Shown here: positions 40,697 through 51,250 of the stretch, piece after piece
How positions within the stretch are numbered: the first letter of the stretch is position 1
Layout of the letters: the number at the start of each line of letters is the position of its first letter
NCBI GenBank assembly: GCA_023227925.1
Contig: JALOCE010000001.1
Span: 539 to 64,538, forward strand
Direction of reading: 5' to 3'
DNA: 64,000 bases
Source: Candidatus Omnitrophota bacterium
Lineage (GTDB): Bacteria; Omnitrophota; Gorgyraeia; Gygaellales; Profunditerraquicolaceae
The notes under the pieces: generated by a model
Database searches by the model: none
Told to the model about the DNA's origin: nothing
Seen by the model: the letters and a program-made list of their open reading frames with translations, nothing else
Translations under genes and position numbers: made by a program

Positions 40697-41875
40697 ATGA
40701 AAGATCCTAGATATAATAAACAGGATAAACTTGCCAACGTCCGTATTTGCCTGTTTTTTACTTACGAAATGAGTTTGCAGAAATGGGATGAATTGGGGAT
40801 CTTTGACAGAGAGATAATTTTATATAACATTTTAGTCAAACGCGGTATTGAGGTAGCTTTCTTTACATACGGAGACAGAAAAGACCTGGATTATGGCAGG
40901 CAGCTCCCAGGCATAAAAATTATACCCGCATACGCAAATATCAAAAAGAGCAAAAATAGAAAATTAGCTTTTTTACGGTCATTTTTGCTGCCATTCAAAT
41001 TCAGAAAAATATTATCCAGTTACGATATTTTTAAGACTAATCAGATGTGGGGTGCCTGGGTACCGTTAGTAGCGAAATTAGTTACAGGCAGGCGCCTTTT
41101 AGTCCGCTGCGGGTACGAACATTATTATACCTTGCTTTCCGAAAAGAGCCCCAAGCTTGAGAAGGTAATTTTTTATATATTTTCGAAGATAGCCTATTTT
41201 TTGTCTGATCATATCATCGTAACCACCAAGAAAATCAAAGATTTTATCCATTCGACTTTTTCTATCGATAGAAATAAGATTTCTATCGTGCCGAATATAA
41301 TCGATACAGAGGCATTTAATTTAAAAAATACCCCTTGCTTATTTAAAGATAGGATAGTTTTTATCGGAAGGTTAAATCACCAGAAAAATATTTTTTCTTT
41401 GATTGGGGCCTGTAAAAAGGCCGGTGTCGGGCTTGATTTGATAGGGCATGGAGAACTAAGGGAAGAGCTTGAGCAATTTACAAAAATAATTAACGCAAAT
41501 GTCAATTTTTTGGGTGTTTACCGCAATAACCTTTTACCCGGTGCATTAGCGAAATATCCTATTTTTATTCTCCCTTCATTTTACGAAGGTAATCCCAAGG
41601 CGTTGATCGAGGCGATGAGCTGCGGAAAAGCCGTTATAGGGACAAATGTCGGCGGTATAGTAGAGATAATAAAAGACGGAGATAACGGAATTCTATGCGG
41701 CACATCGTCTAACGACATATGCGCCGGTATATTGAGAATAAAAAATAATATTGAATTACAAAAAAAGGTCGGTTTAAAGGCGCGGCAATATGTTTTGGAG
41801 CGTTACAGCATTCCCGTGGTTACAGAAAAAGAGTTAAAGGTTTATCACGATACATTGTCAGAAAGACAAATATGA
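40697..41875 (+). CDS. GT4-family (GT-B) glycosyltransferase
   Basis: Motif EGNPKALIEAMSCGKAVIGTNVGG. Confidence 0.8.
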   Translation: MKDPRYNKQDKLANVRICLFFTYEMSLQKWDELGIFDREIILYNILVKRGIEVAFFTYGDRKDLDYGRQLPGIKIIPAYANIKKSKNRKLAFLRSFLLPFKFRKILSSYDIFKTNQMWGAWVPLVAKLVTGRRLLVRCGYEHYYTLLSEKSPKLEKVIFYIFSKIAYFLSDHIIVTTKKIKDFIHSTFSIDRNKISIVPNIIDTEAFNLKNTPCLFKDRIVFIGRLNHQKNIFSLIGACKKAGVGLDLIGHGELREELEQFTKIINANVNFLGVYRNNLLPGALAKYPIFILPSFYEGNPKALIEAMSCGKAVIGTNVGGIVEIIKDGDNGILCGTSSNDICAGILRIKNNIELQKKVGLKARQYVLERYSIPVVTEKELKVYHDTLSERQI

Positions 41876-42861
41876 AATTATCCGTTATCATGTCCGCCTA
41901 TGATAGCCAGAAGACCGTAGCGCAGGCTATTGAATCCATACTTGCGCAGACCTTTGGAGATTTTGAGTTCATTATTATTGATGACGGTTCTAAAGATAAT
42001 ACCGCAGATATAATCAAAGATTATCAAACAAGAGACAAAAGGATAGCTTTCTTAAGGCAGGAGAACCTTGGCCTTACAAAAAGCCTTAATATAGGTATCC
42101 GTAGCGCAAAAGGAGAATATGTAGCCAGGCAGGATGCAGACGATATTTCTTTGCCGGAAAGGTTCAAATACCAGGTAGAGCTTTTAGATAAAAATAGAGA
42201 GATAGGATTTACCGGCTGTAGTTGTGAGATAATCGATGATGAAGGAAAGTTTTTTGACTTTGTTTGTATTTATAATAGGCCTGAAAAGATCATGCGTAAT
42301 CTTAGGCATAATAATATTTTTTGCCATGGCTCAATGATGTTCCGCCGCTCGCTTTTAGAACGGGTATCCGGATACCGTGAATTTTTTAAATATTCGCAGG
42401 ATTATGACTTGTATTTACGGCTTATAGAATTGTCCTTGCCCGGGTCAGTAAATAAGATCCTTTACCGCGAGAGAGCGACCTTGCCGGAGAGTATTTCTAT
42501 CAAGAATATTGATTTACAAGCTGCTTATGCTGATTTAGCAAAAAAATGCTACAAGTCCAGACTGTTAAAAAAAGACGATACCTATATTTTAAACGAAGAT
42601 GTTTTAAATGCTACGTCCAAAATATATCGCGATGATTCTGTGTTGCCCTTTATGGAATCGCTTGCCAGTATAAAACTTAATGACACTAAGAAAGCCAGGG
42701 CTGCAATACGGCCCTATCTGCCTCCTTTCAGGATGAATAAATATAAGCTTTATTTATTATGGTTTTTTAGTTATATGCCTCTGTTTATGAGGGAAGCGAT
42801 ATTTAAGGCAAAAAATAGGGCCAGGAAAGCAAAAATGGCATTAAAGCTAAATTATGATTAA
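41872..42861 (+). CDS. Family 2 glycosyltransferase
   Basis: Motif LSVIMSAYDSQKTVAQAIESILAQTFGDFEFIIIDDGSKDNT. The start overlaps the upstream stop codon (ATGA). Confidence 0.8.
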   Translation: MKLSVIMSAYDSQKTVAQAIESILAQTFGDFEFIIIDDGSKDNTADIIKDYQTRDKRIAFLRQENLGLTKSLNIGIRSAKGEYVARQDADDISLPERFKYQVELLDKNREIGFTGCSCEIIDDEGKFFDFVCIYNRPEKIMRNLRHNNIFCHGSMMFRRSLLERVSGYREFFKYSQDYDLYLRLIELSLPGSVNKILYRERATLPESISIKNIDLQAAYADLAKKCYKSRLLKKDDTYILNEDVLNATSKIYRDDSVLPFMESLASIKLNDTKKARAAIRPYLPPFRMNKYKLYLLWFFSYMPLFMREAIFKAKNRARKAKMALKLNYD

Positions 42862-43756
42862 AGGACTTAGGCTTAAGTTTAGTATTATCATTTCTACATT
42901 CAACCGCTCTTATGCTCTTAAGAAGGCCATAGAAAGCGTATTAAGCCAATCCTATCAAAATTTTGAAATTATTATCAGTGATGATGCCTCTGCCGACAAT
43001 ACGAAAGAATTGGTAGCTAGTTTTAACGATAATAAGATCACCTATATTTGCAACATAAAAAACTCTGGCCTTTCCATGACAAGGAATGCGGCCTTAAAAA
43101 TCGTAAAGGGAGAATACATCATTCTTATGGATGATGATAGCATGCTGGAAAATAATTTTTTAGAGGTCTTAGGCAGGTTGATCGAGCAAAAAAAGGCAAA
43201 TATTTTTTGCCCGAAGATATTGGATCCGGATACCCGGAAGCCATTTTTAGATATCTTTTCAAATCAAAAAGAAAAATATTTAGGATATTTCGACTTCAAT
43301 TATTTCATAGGCCTCGCGCATATAGTCTCAAAGAGGATGGTTGATGAATGCGGGTTTTATGACGATAAATTCGGTGTAGGCGCAAGGTTTTTTGCCGCAG
43401 AAGAAAGTGATTATTTTTTCAGGCTAAAAAAGATTGGAGAGCGGATATTGTATAGCCCGGATCTGACGGTTTATCATAGGAGGCAAGACGAAGTCCCGGA
43501 GCTAAAGGCGTATAGATATTCCTACGGCATAGCGGCAATGCTGACCAAGCAGATAATATGTGATAAGAGGCATTTTTTATTTTATTTATGGTTATTATCG
43601 AAAAGGCTGACGATAAGCTTCCTGCGTACGGTGCAATATGCGGTTATTCCTAAAACGATCGAGTCCAAGAATAGGATGTATAGATATAAACAATTTTTTT
43701 ATGGCTCATTAACAGGCGCAGTTGATTATTTGAAAGAGGGATGTATTTTAAAATGA
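42854..43756 (+). CDS. Family 2 glycosyltransferase
   Basis: Motif FSIIISTFNRSYALKKAIESVLSQSYQNFEIIISDDASADNT. Confidence 0.8.
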   Translation: MIKGLRLKFSIIISTFNRSYALKKAIESVLSQSYQNFEIIISDDASADNTKELVASFNDNKITYICNIKNSGLSMTRNAALKIVKGEYIILMDDDSMLENNFLEVLGRLIEQKKANIFCPKILDPDTRKPFLDIFSNQKEKYLGYFDFNYFIGLAHIVSKRMVDECGFYDDKFGVGARFFAAEESDYFFRLKKIGERILYSPDLTVYHRRQDEVPELKAYRYSYGIAAMLTKQIICDKRHFLFYLWLLSKRLTISFLRTVQYAVIPKTIESKNRMYRYKQFFYGSLTGAVDYLKEGCILK

Positions 43757-44544
43757 GGGAAATATTTTCCGGAGACTACGGTATCATAAACAATAGCCGT
43801 TGGGAGGAAGTAGCTAAGAATGTTCCTTCCGGGAGCTGGGCGGCTTTTCATCCGCTTGTAGAAAAAATAAAAAAAACTATCGGTAGCCAGGGAAAGGTAT
43901 TGGATCTGGGGAGCGGATTGGGGCTCTTTGTGAAGTGTTGCATGGAAAATGGTTTCATGGCGGTTGCGCTTGAAGGATCCAGCAGCGCAGTTGAGTGGTC
44001 AAGGCGTAACCTCGGCATAGATTCCAGGGTGCATAATCTGAAAGACCCTTTGCCTTTCGCAGATTCTTCATTCGATTGCATCATCTATAACGATGTTTAT
44101 GAGCATGTGCCCCAATACATAAACGAGAATGTTTTTCGCGAAGCATTCAGGATCCTTAAACCAAAGGGTGTTTTCTGGGTAATCACGATATGCAGGTATG
44201 ATTTTGTGGAGGCCAGGGAGCTTGAGCATATTAACCTTACGACTCCGAGCGAACTATATCGTTTCGGGGAAAAAATCGGTTTTTCGGGCACCGTTAAATT
44301 AAATAATTTCAATATTACTTTATTTACTCCTTATTTTTATGACAGAGAACTTAAATTCAGCCCACTGAAGAAAAAAATCAGGGATTGGTCAAAGAGAAAC
44401 CAGCGGAAGATAGATTTTGTTTTAGCGCCGTTTTGGATTCCGGTTTCGCTATTAAACTCAAAGTTTTTGCATCTACCGGCGCTTGATTTATTAAGCCATA
44501 AATCAGAAGTCGTTTTCCGGAAAATTAAAACAACTCTGCGTTAA
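43741..44544 (+). CDS. Class I SAM-dependent methyltransferase
   Basis: VLDLGSGLGLF motif I, FDCIIYNDVYEHV, and KPKGVFWVI. Confidence 0.7.
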   Translation: MYFKMREIFSGDYGIINNSRWEEVAKNVPSGSWAAFHPLVEKIKKTIGSQGKVLDLGSGLGLFVKCCMENGFMAVALEGSSSAVEWSRRNLGIDSRVHNLKDPLPFADSSFDCIIYNDVYEHVPQYINENVFREAFRILKPKGVFWVITICRYDFVEARELEHINLTTPSELYRFGEKIGFSGTVKLNNFNITLFTPYFYDRELKFSPLKKKIRDWSKRNQRKIDFVLAPFWIPVSLLNSKFLHLPALDLLSHKSEVVFRKIKTTLR

Positions 44545-44548
44545 GCCG

Positions 44549-45565
44549 ATGGAGATCAAGCTTTCTTTCTGTATACCTACTTATAACTTCGGGGATTTTC
44601 TCGGAGAGACTTTGGAGAGCATAATTTCTCAGGCGGGTGATTCTGTCGAAATAGTCATTGTCGATAGCGCATCTACCGATAACACCCGGGAAGTGGTAGG
44701 GAATTTCCAAAAAAGATTCAGCCGTATCCGCTATTGCCTCCGCGAAAAGAGAATGGATGTGGATACGGATATAGCTAAGGCTGTGGAACTTGCGCAGGGC
44801 AGGTACTGCTGGCTTATGTCGAGTGACGATAAGATCAAGCCTCATGCCGTAGGCAGGATGATCAAAGAGCTAGATTTGGATAATGATATTTATCTTTGTA
44901 ACCGTACGGAATGCAATTTTATGATGGAGCCGATCAGGGACCGCCTATGGCTTTCGAAGGAAACCGGAGATTCGGTTTTTGAATTGTCTCAGAGAGGCCA
45001 GCTTATGGATTATCTCGTAAGGACGCATTCCATAGGGGCCTTGTTCAGTTATTGCAGTTCACTGATTTTTAAGCGGGCAAAATGGGATTCTTTAGGTTAT
45101 AATAATGAATTCAGCGGGACGGGGTATGCCCACGTGTTCAGGCTTTTTTCTTTTAGAAAATCAGGGTGCAGCCTCAAGTATGTCAAGGAGCCGCTTGTTT
45201 TGTGCCGGGGAGACAATGATAGCTTTCTCTCGGGAGGAAAGATAAAAAGATTTCTTCTTGATATAGATGGTTACAGGTTACTGGCGAGCCGTCTTTTCGC
45301 AGAAGAGCCAGAAATAAAAAAAGCCTTTTTGAAGGTAATGACAAAAGAGATGAGGCCGCACTATATTATGGAGATACGTAGCCTGGTTAATGATGAGGCC
45401 GAATGGGCTCAAATAAAGTCTAAGCTTAAGGAATTTGGTTTTAGGAATCTGGTAATACGGATCGCTGAGGCACTGGGTTCGGCGAAACTGATCGCGCCTG
45501 TAGGTATCCGTTTGAAAGAAGAAATCAAAAAAAGGAGATATAGGGATGCACCTAATCCACCGTAA
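44549..45565 (+). CDS. Family 2 glycosyltransferase
   Basis: Motif LSFCIPTYNFGDFLGETLESIISQAGDSVEIVIVDSASTDNT. Confidence 0.75.
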   Translation: MEIKLSFCIPTYNFGDFLGETLESIISQAGDSVEIVIVDSASTDNTREVVGNFQKRFSRIRYCLREKRMDVDTDIAKAVELAQGRYCWLMSSDDKIKPHAVGRMIKELDLDNDIYLCNRTECNFMMEPIRDRLWLSKETGDSVFELSQRGQLMDYLVRTHSIGALFSYCSSLIFKRAKWDSLGYNNEFSGTGYAHVFRLFSFRKSGCSLKYVKEPLVLCRGDNDSFLSGGKIKRFLLDIDGYRLLASRLFAEEPEIKKAFLKVMTKEMRPHYIMEIRSLVNDEAEWAQIKSKLKEFGFRNLVIRIAEALGSAKLIAPVGIRLKEEIKKRRYRDAPNPP

Positions 45566-46805
45566 GACTTGCCGCGTTTGCGGTTCTTCAGCATTGACTA
45601 AAGTGATTGATTTGGGCAAGCAGTATCTACAGGGGTCATTTATCAAATCTGGTAGGTCTATGCCGCCATTACGTAAGATGCCGACATCGCTTGTGCGTTG
45701 TGACCCGATGAAAGCAGAAAACGCCTGCGGGCTGCTGCAGATGGCCTTTACGCTCCCGCCGGAAATACTTTATTCTACTTACTGGTACCGTTCCGGCACT
45801 AATCAGACTATGCGTAGCCATCTACGGGAGATCGCTGAAGAAGCCGCAAGTTTAATAGAAAAGAAAGACGCCCGTGTCCTTGATATCGGCTGTAATGACG
45901 GGACCCTCTTGAGTCATTATCCTGTTGGATTCCTTAAGTTCGGGATTGACCCTTCGGATATCGCAAAAGATGTTAAAGGGGATATAAAGATCGTCCAGGA
46001 CCTTTTTCCTTCCGAGGAACTGGATAAGGAGTCCGGCGGAAAGCCGTATGATATTATTACGGCGATTGCCATGTTTTACGATTTGGAGGATCCCGTTGGG
46101 TTTGTAAAAAGCATTAAGAAACACCTTGCTTCTGAAGGCATATGGATTTTTGAGATGTCGTATATGCCGAATATGCTAAAGATGAATTCTTACGATACGA
46201 TTTGTCATGAACACTTAGAATATTACAGCCTTGCGGTCATCGAATACATCCTTAAAAAAGCGGATATGAAGATAGTGAAGGTTGCGCTTAATGATACCAA
46301 TGGCGGCAGCATCCGCTGTTACGCTACCCATATAGATAATTTTAGCTTTAAGAAACACGAATATGAAGGCGAATTGAAATTATTACGCCGCCAAGAGCTT
46401 GATATGGAACTCGAAACCGATAAGCCTTACCAGGATTTCCAAAAACGCATAGAAAAACACAAAGAGAAATTATCCGGTCTGCTTAAAAAATTAAAGCGTC
46501 AAGGTAAGGCTATACATGTTTACGGCGCATCCACTAAAGGTAATACCATCCTGCAGTTTTGTGGCATTGATAAGACGACCATTGATTTTGCCGCAGATAG
46601 GAATCCGGATAAATACGGTGCGCGCACTATTGGTACGGATATACCGATAATAAGCGAGGAAGAATCAAGAAAGATGAATCCGGATTACTACCTGGTTTTA
46701 CCCTGGCATTTCAGGGAAGAGTTCCTGGAAAGAGAAAAAGGGACTTTAGATAAAGGCATTGGCATGATTTTTCCTTTGCCTTCGATTGAGATCGTAAAGC
46801 GATAA
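45546..46805 (+). CDS. Sugar C-methyltransferase family (TylCIII/TcaB9-like: zinc ribbon plus MTase plus C-methyltransferase C-domain)
   Basis: N-terminal CRVCGSS zinc-ribbon, VLDIGCNDGTLL motif I, and a C-terminal domain of the right size with ICHEHLEYYS. Confidence 0.65.
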   Translation: MHLIHRKTCRVCGSSALTKVIDLGKQYLQGSFIKSGRSMPPLRKMPTSLVRCDPMKAENACGLLQMAFTLPPEILYSTYWYRSGTNQTMRSHLREIAEEAASLIEKKDARVLDIGCNDGTLLSHYPVGFLKFGIDPSDIAKDVKGDIKIVQDLFPSEELDKESGGKPYDIITAIAMFYDLEDPVGFVKSIKKHLASEGIWIFEMSYMPNMLKMNSYDTICHEHLEYYSLAVIEYILKKADMKIVKVALNDTNGGSIRCYATHIDNFSFKKHEYEGELKLLRRQELDMELETDKPYQDFQKRIEKHKEKLSGLLKKLKRQGKAIHVYGASTKGNTILQFCGIDKTTIDFAADRNPDKYGARTIGTDIPIISEEESRKMNPDYYLVLPWHFREEFLEREKGTLDKGIGMIFPLPSIEIVKR

Positions 46806-46828
46806 AATTAAATTCCGAGGATAAAAAT

Positions 46829-47680
46829 ATGAAAGAAAAAATTATAAAAGCTATATCTTGGCTGGTAAATAATCCTCTGCTTTTTTTTATGCATTCTATT
46901 GTGCAGGCCAGGAAATTAATACCGTTACCAAGCTCTCCCGTAAAAAAAGCGATTAACGGGGTAGTATTCGAGTTTGATTTTAGTTATGATCCCGCAATAA
47001 AAAGTATGTATATAGGCGGGTATGAATTAGATACGGTGCAGGCCTTAAAAAAATATATAAAAAAGGGAGATACGGTTATCGATGCAGGCGCAAATATCGG
47101 TTATTTGTCGGCTAATATTGCCGGATTCGTTGGAAAAACAGGCCAAGTCCATAGCTTTGAGCCAGTCCCCCAATATTTCGCAAGATCGAAGAAACTGAGC
47201 ATGATGAACCCGGAATATAAGATCCTGGTAAATCAATCGGCTTTGGGTGATAGAGAGGGGATCGTAAATATTAAAGTTACAAGCCAGCGGAATATCGGGT
47301 TTAATACCATAGTCCCCGGTTCTATGTCGAATGAAAAAAAGATCAAAGAAATACTTCAGGTGCCGATCGGCAGGCTGGATGATTATATCAAAGAAAAATC
47401 GCTGGATAATATATCGCTGATAAAGATCGATGTGGAAGGATATGAGTTCCCGGTTTTAAAAGGGCTCAGCGGCTATCTTGATAACGCAAAGAGATATCCG
47501 GTTATAATCTGTGAAATCGTTCCGTCTGTTTATGCATTGATGGGGCATAAGCTCGGAGAGCTATCCGAGTATATGCAAAAGTATACTTATGATGCGTATA
47601 GTTTAATTAACCATAATAAAAAAATAGATATTTCAAAATTAAGACGTATCTCTGAGGTAGTATTTATACCGGCAAGATAA
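46829..47680 (+). CDS. FkbM-family methyltransferase
   Basis: VIDAGANIGYLS and FEPVP motifs, and overall length. Confidence 0.65.
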   Translation: MKEKIIKAISWLVNNPLLFFMHSIVQARKLIPLPSSPVKKAINGVVFEFDFSYDPAIKSMYIGGYELDTVQALKKYIKKGDTVIDAGANIGYLSANIAGFVGKTGQVHSFEPVPQYFARSKKLSMMNPEYKILVNQSALGDREGIVNIKVTSQRNIGFNTIVPGSMSNEKKIKEILQVPIGRLDDYIKEKSLDNISLIKIDVEGYEFPVLKGLSGYLDNAKRYPVIICEIVPSVYALMGHKLGELSEYMQKYTYDAYSLINHNKKIDISKLRRISEVVFIPAR

Positions 47681-47702
47681 AAAATATAATTATGGAGAAA
47701 AA

Positions 47703-48590
47703 ATGAGCAATTTATATGATGATATAGCCATAGATATTGAAAAGGCGCACGAATTATTGAATGCGAATTCCATCGAGTGCAGCAACAGGGAGTCGTATTT
47801 AGGCCTTGCGCATAAATTTTTATATAAACTAAAGCTTTATAATAAGTTTGTTGATGCCGGATTGATCAGGTATTGGTTTAACGAGTTTTCTGAATACTGG
47901 AGCTCTGTATTAAAGGGAAGGCCGTTACAACTACACGACTTTTTTTATTTGTATTCTTCCTACAGGACTAAATTCCAATACATTTCCGTCAAAGAAAATG
48001 CAAGCAAACAGGAATTCTTATATGCCTGGCAGAGATACGAAAATATCTACCTGACACTTTCCTGTGTTTATAAAAATGCCCTGCAACCATTCTTGTGCTA
48101 TCATTTTTTACCGTTCTTAAAAATGAAAAGGAGGGGTAACATACTTGAATATGGCTGTGGCATAGCCCCTATAATAACAAGTATGATCAAATGCAAAATG
48201 AATAAGTATCAATTTACTATTGCCGATATCAGAAATTATACGTACCATTATGCTAAATACCGCCTTAAACAGCATGGAGTAAAAACCATCGATATTATGC
48301 CATCCCAGGCGCCATATCTCGAAGATAAATATGATGTTATTTTCTTGATAAATGTTTTAGAGCATTTGCCTGCGCCTGCCGAAACGGTAGAGGCATTAAC
48401 GGGGTCTTTAAACAAGGGCGGTTTTTTGATATTTGATTATATCCTAAGTAAAGGCGAGGGGCTTGATACGTTGGAGTCGGTTAAACAAAGAAAGCAGGTA
48501 TTATCTTTTATAAACGATAATTATAGAATGATCAAAGGAGAACCAAAATATAACGAATCAATGGGAATAATAATAGTTCAAAAAGCATGA
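47703..48590 (+). CDS. Class I SAM-dependent methyltransferase
   Basis: ILEYGCGIAPI motif I and DVIFLINVLEHL. Confidence 0.6.
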   Translation: MSNLYDDIAIDIEKAHELLNANSIECSNRESYLGLAHKFLYKLKLYNKFVDAGLIRYWFNEFSEYWSSVLKGRPLQLHDFFYLYSSYRTKFQYISVKENASKQEFLYAWQRYENIYLTLSCVYKNALQPFLCYHFLPFLKMKRRGNILEYGCGIAPIITSMIKCKMNKYQFTIADIRNYTYHYAKYRLKQHGVKTIDIMPSQAPYLEDKYDVIFLINVLEHLPAPAETVEALTGSLNKGGFLIFDYILSKGEGLDTLESVKQRKQVLSFINDNYRMIKGEPKYNESMGIIIVQKA

Positions 48591-49777
48591 ATATCCTATA
48601 CACAATAACAAGTTTTCCTCCCTCGATGGGCGGCGCCCAGTTATATTTGTATCAGACCGCCAAGGGAGCTATGCAGAAGCACGATGTCAATGTAGTTACA
48701 TTTTTTAGCTCCGATAGAAACGACTGGTTGTTAGGGACTACTTTGAAAGCCCCAAACAAAGAAAACTCTTATATATACGATAATATAAGAGTGAAGCAGA
48801 TTTTTTTTAATAAGCTGGAAAAGTTTAGAATGCTGCTTCATGTATGCACATATTATTTCAATAAGATGTATAATATAGGCGCTATATCGAAATTAATAGA
48901 AAAGAAGCTCTACGTCAAGGGGAGTAAAATAGACCTGATCCATAATGTCCGCGTTGGAAGAGAGCCGTTAAGCTATGCAAGTTATAATCTGGCTAAAGCT
49001 TTGAATATCCCTTTTATTTTTACGCCTTTACATCATCCCAGGTGGACGCATAGTTTTTACCGCGAATATCACGAACTTTACCGTAAGGCCGATGCGCTTT
49101 TTGCTTTGACTACTTATGAAAAAGAGATATATAAACGCCTGGGGGTAAAAGATGAAAATATCTTTGTTACCGGCACCGGCCCGGTCCTTGCGCATAATGC
49201 CAATCCGGAAGACTTTAGAAGTAAGTATGGCGTTTCCGGGAATATGGTATTATTCATCGGCCAAGGGTATCCCTACAAAGGGCTTAGCGAATTGGTGAAG
49301 GCGGCAAAAGTGGTTTTACGCCAAAATAAAAATGTGCATTTTATTTTTATCGGCCCTCACACAAAGTATTCGCATAAACTTTTTTTAAAAATCCGCGACC
49401 CAAGAATAAGACACCTGGGGGCGGTCGATCTGCAGGCTAAAACAGATGCATTGGCTGCCTGCGATATTTTCTGTTTACCTTCAAGCCAGGAAAGCTTTGG
49501 TGCGGTTTTTTTGGAGGCATGGTTGTTCCAAAAGCCTGTTATCGCCATCGATATACCCCAATTACGGGAATTGATCGAAGACAAGAAGGACGGGTACCTT
49601 CTTTCAAAAGACCCGGATAATATAGCAAGGGCAATAATAAATTTACTCCAGAATCCGGATTTAAGGAAAGAGATGGGGAATAACGGAAGAAAGAAGGCGG
49701 AAGATAATTTTACATGGGATGCTTTAAATAAAAAAACATTAGCAGCCTACGATAAAGTCTTAGCAAGGTATCTGTAA
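48587..49777 (+). CDS. GT4-family (GT-B) glycosyltransferase
   Basis: Motif FCLPSSQESFGAVFLEAWLFQKPVIAIDI. The start overlaps the upstream stop (ATGA). Confidence 0.8.
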   Translation: MNILYTITSFPPSMGGAQLYLYQTAKGAMQKHDVNVVTFFSSDRNDWLLGTTLKAPNKENSYIYDNIRVKQIFFNKLEKFRMLLHVCTYYFNKMYNIGAISKLIEKKLYVKGSKIDLIHNVRVGREPLSYASYNLAKALNIPFIFTPLHHPRWTHSFYREYHELYRKADALFALTTYEKEIYKRLGVKDENIFVTGTGPVLAHNANPEDFRSKYGVSGNMVLFIGQGYPYKGLSELVKAAKVVLRQNKNVHFIFIGPHTKYSHKLFLKIRDPRIRHLGAVDLQAKTDALAACDIFCLPSSQESFGAVFLEAWLFQKPVIAIDIPQLRELIEDKKDGYLLSKDPDNIARAIINLLQNPDLRKEMGNNGRKKAEDNFTWDALNKKTLAAYDKVLARYL

Positions 49778-49783
49778 AGGTTT

Positions 49784-51223
49784 ATGAATATTTATTATTT
49801 TTTTAAAAAAAATGCCGTAGTAATTTACTTAGCTTTCTTTTTCTGTGTCTTTTCATTTGGCAGGGCATTCTCTGTCATGCATCTAGGCCCTGTCTATATT
49901 ACCGAGATCTTCTTGCTATTGATGATATTCTTGTTGACGGATAAATTCATGGCTATTTTTAAACTTCCGAATATATTCATGCTGTTCAGCATATGTTTTT
50001 TAATATTGCTGTTTCTTCATACGGTTATAGCCTTTATAAGATGTGATATACTTGCCCTAAGAGACATGGCAATTTTTAGTTACATTATTTTTTTACCAAT
50101 AACATTTATATTATTTTCACAAAAAAACCGGTTAAAAATATTTTTATGGACCCTTCTTGCCGCGAATATTTTAGGATTAGTCCTTGGGAGGATATTGCTT
50201 TATCGCAGCTATAATATACCAGCGTGGACGGAGTTTATTACACAGGCAAAAGCGTTTAATTATCTTCTCTATTACGGCATTTCCTTGTCTTTTTATACTT
50301 CCTTTTTTGACTTAATAATCAAACAAAAAAAACAAATTTTCTATCTCATTATTTTTTTATGCATATTTAATATATATATGCTTATTTTTTGGGGATTGAG
50401 GACTGCCTGGATCGCTTTGTTTGTTTTATCCTTATTCGCGTTATGCGTTTCAAAATGGAGAAAAATAATAAAATATTTACCGCTCCTTGTTTGTTTTTTT
50501 CTTGCCTTTTCTATAATTTCATTAACACTTAACGACTCCAAGGATATAAAAGCCGGAATAATCGATTCGAAAATGTCCAGTATGTTTTTCCTTTTTAAAA
50601 CATTGCTGAATAAGAGTGTTAATCCTGGGGCTACAGCTTCTGATCCAGGCAAGGATAAAGATCTAAACCCTGCTAAACAGCTTCCTCCTAAAAATACGCC
50701 TACTTCCGGCTTGAACGAGTCGTTTCTTGCAGTTGCCGGCTCTACCCGCAACCAGGATTTTAAAAATAGTTTTGCCAGCCTAAAATGGCGCTTTGATATC
50801 TGGGATGCGACAATGAAGACTAGTTCTAAAAGTATTATTTTTGGAAAAGGGTTTGGGTATTGGCCTATAACGGCTATGCCGACGACAGAAATTACGGCTA
50901 ATATGAAAATCAAGCCTGTGCATAATCACATCCTGACTATATTTTATAAAATGGGCTTTTTAGGGCTGTTTTTATTCTTATTGATTAATGTATACGTATT
51001 TTTGTTTGCTTTTAGGCATTTAAAGCAAACCAATTCGTTATTTATAAAGTCGTTCCTTACAGGCGCTTTGGGAAGTTTTATTTTCTGGCATACTATGGCA
51101 TTCTTCTTTGATGTCATTGATTCTCCTCCGACAAGTATTTTCCTCTGGATTATTATCGGGTTGATTTTTGCTTGCGTAGAAGCCGACAAGCAAATAACCG
51201 CATCAACATATGAAAAGGTATAG
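49784..51223 (+). CDS. Wzy_C-family polytopic membrane protein (O-antigen polymerase/ligase-like)
   Basis: At least 10 predicted TM helices. WGLRTAWIALF fits the Wzy_C core. There is a large loop rich in Pro/Thr/Asp/Lys (NPGATASDPGKDKDLNPAKQLPPKNTPTSG). Confidence 0.55.
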   Translation: MNIYYFFKKNAVVIYLAFFFCVFSFGRAFSVMHLGPVYITEIFLLLMIFLLTDKFMAIFKLPNIFMLFSICFLILLFLHTVIAFIRCDILALRDMAIFSYIIFLPITFILFSQKNRLKIFLWTLLAANILGLVLGRILLYRSYNIPAWTEFITQAKAFNYLLYYGISLSFYTSFFDLIIKQKKQIFYLIIFLCIFNIYMLIFWGLRTAWIALFVLSLFALCVSKWRKIIKYLPLLVCFFLAFSIISLTLNDSKDIKAGIIDSKMSSMFFLFKTLLNKSVNPGATASDPGKDKDLNPAKQLPPKNTPTSGLNESFLAVAGSTRNQDFKNSFASLKWRFDIWDATMKTSSKSIIFGKGFGYWPITAMPTTEITANMKIKPVHNHILTIFYKMGFLGLFLFLLINVYVFLFAFRHLKQTNSLFIKSFLTGALGSFIFWHTMAFFFDVIDSPPTSIFLWIIIGLIFACVEADKQITASTYEKV

Positions 51224-51250
51224 TTTGAAGAACTATCTTGGCAGGATCAA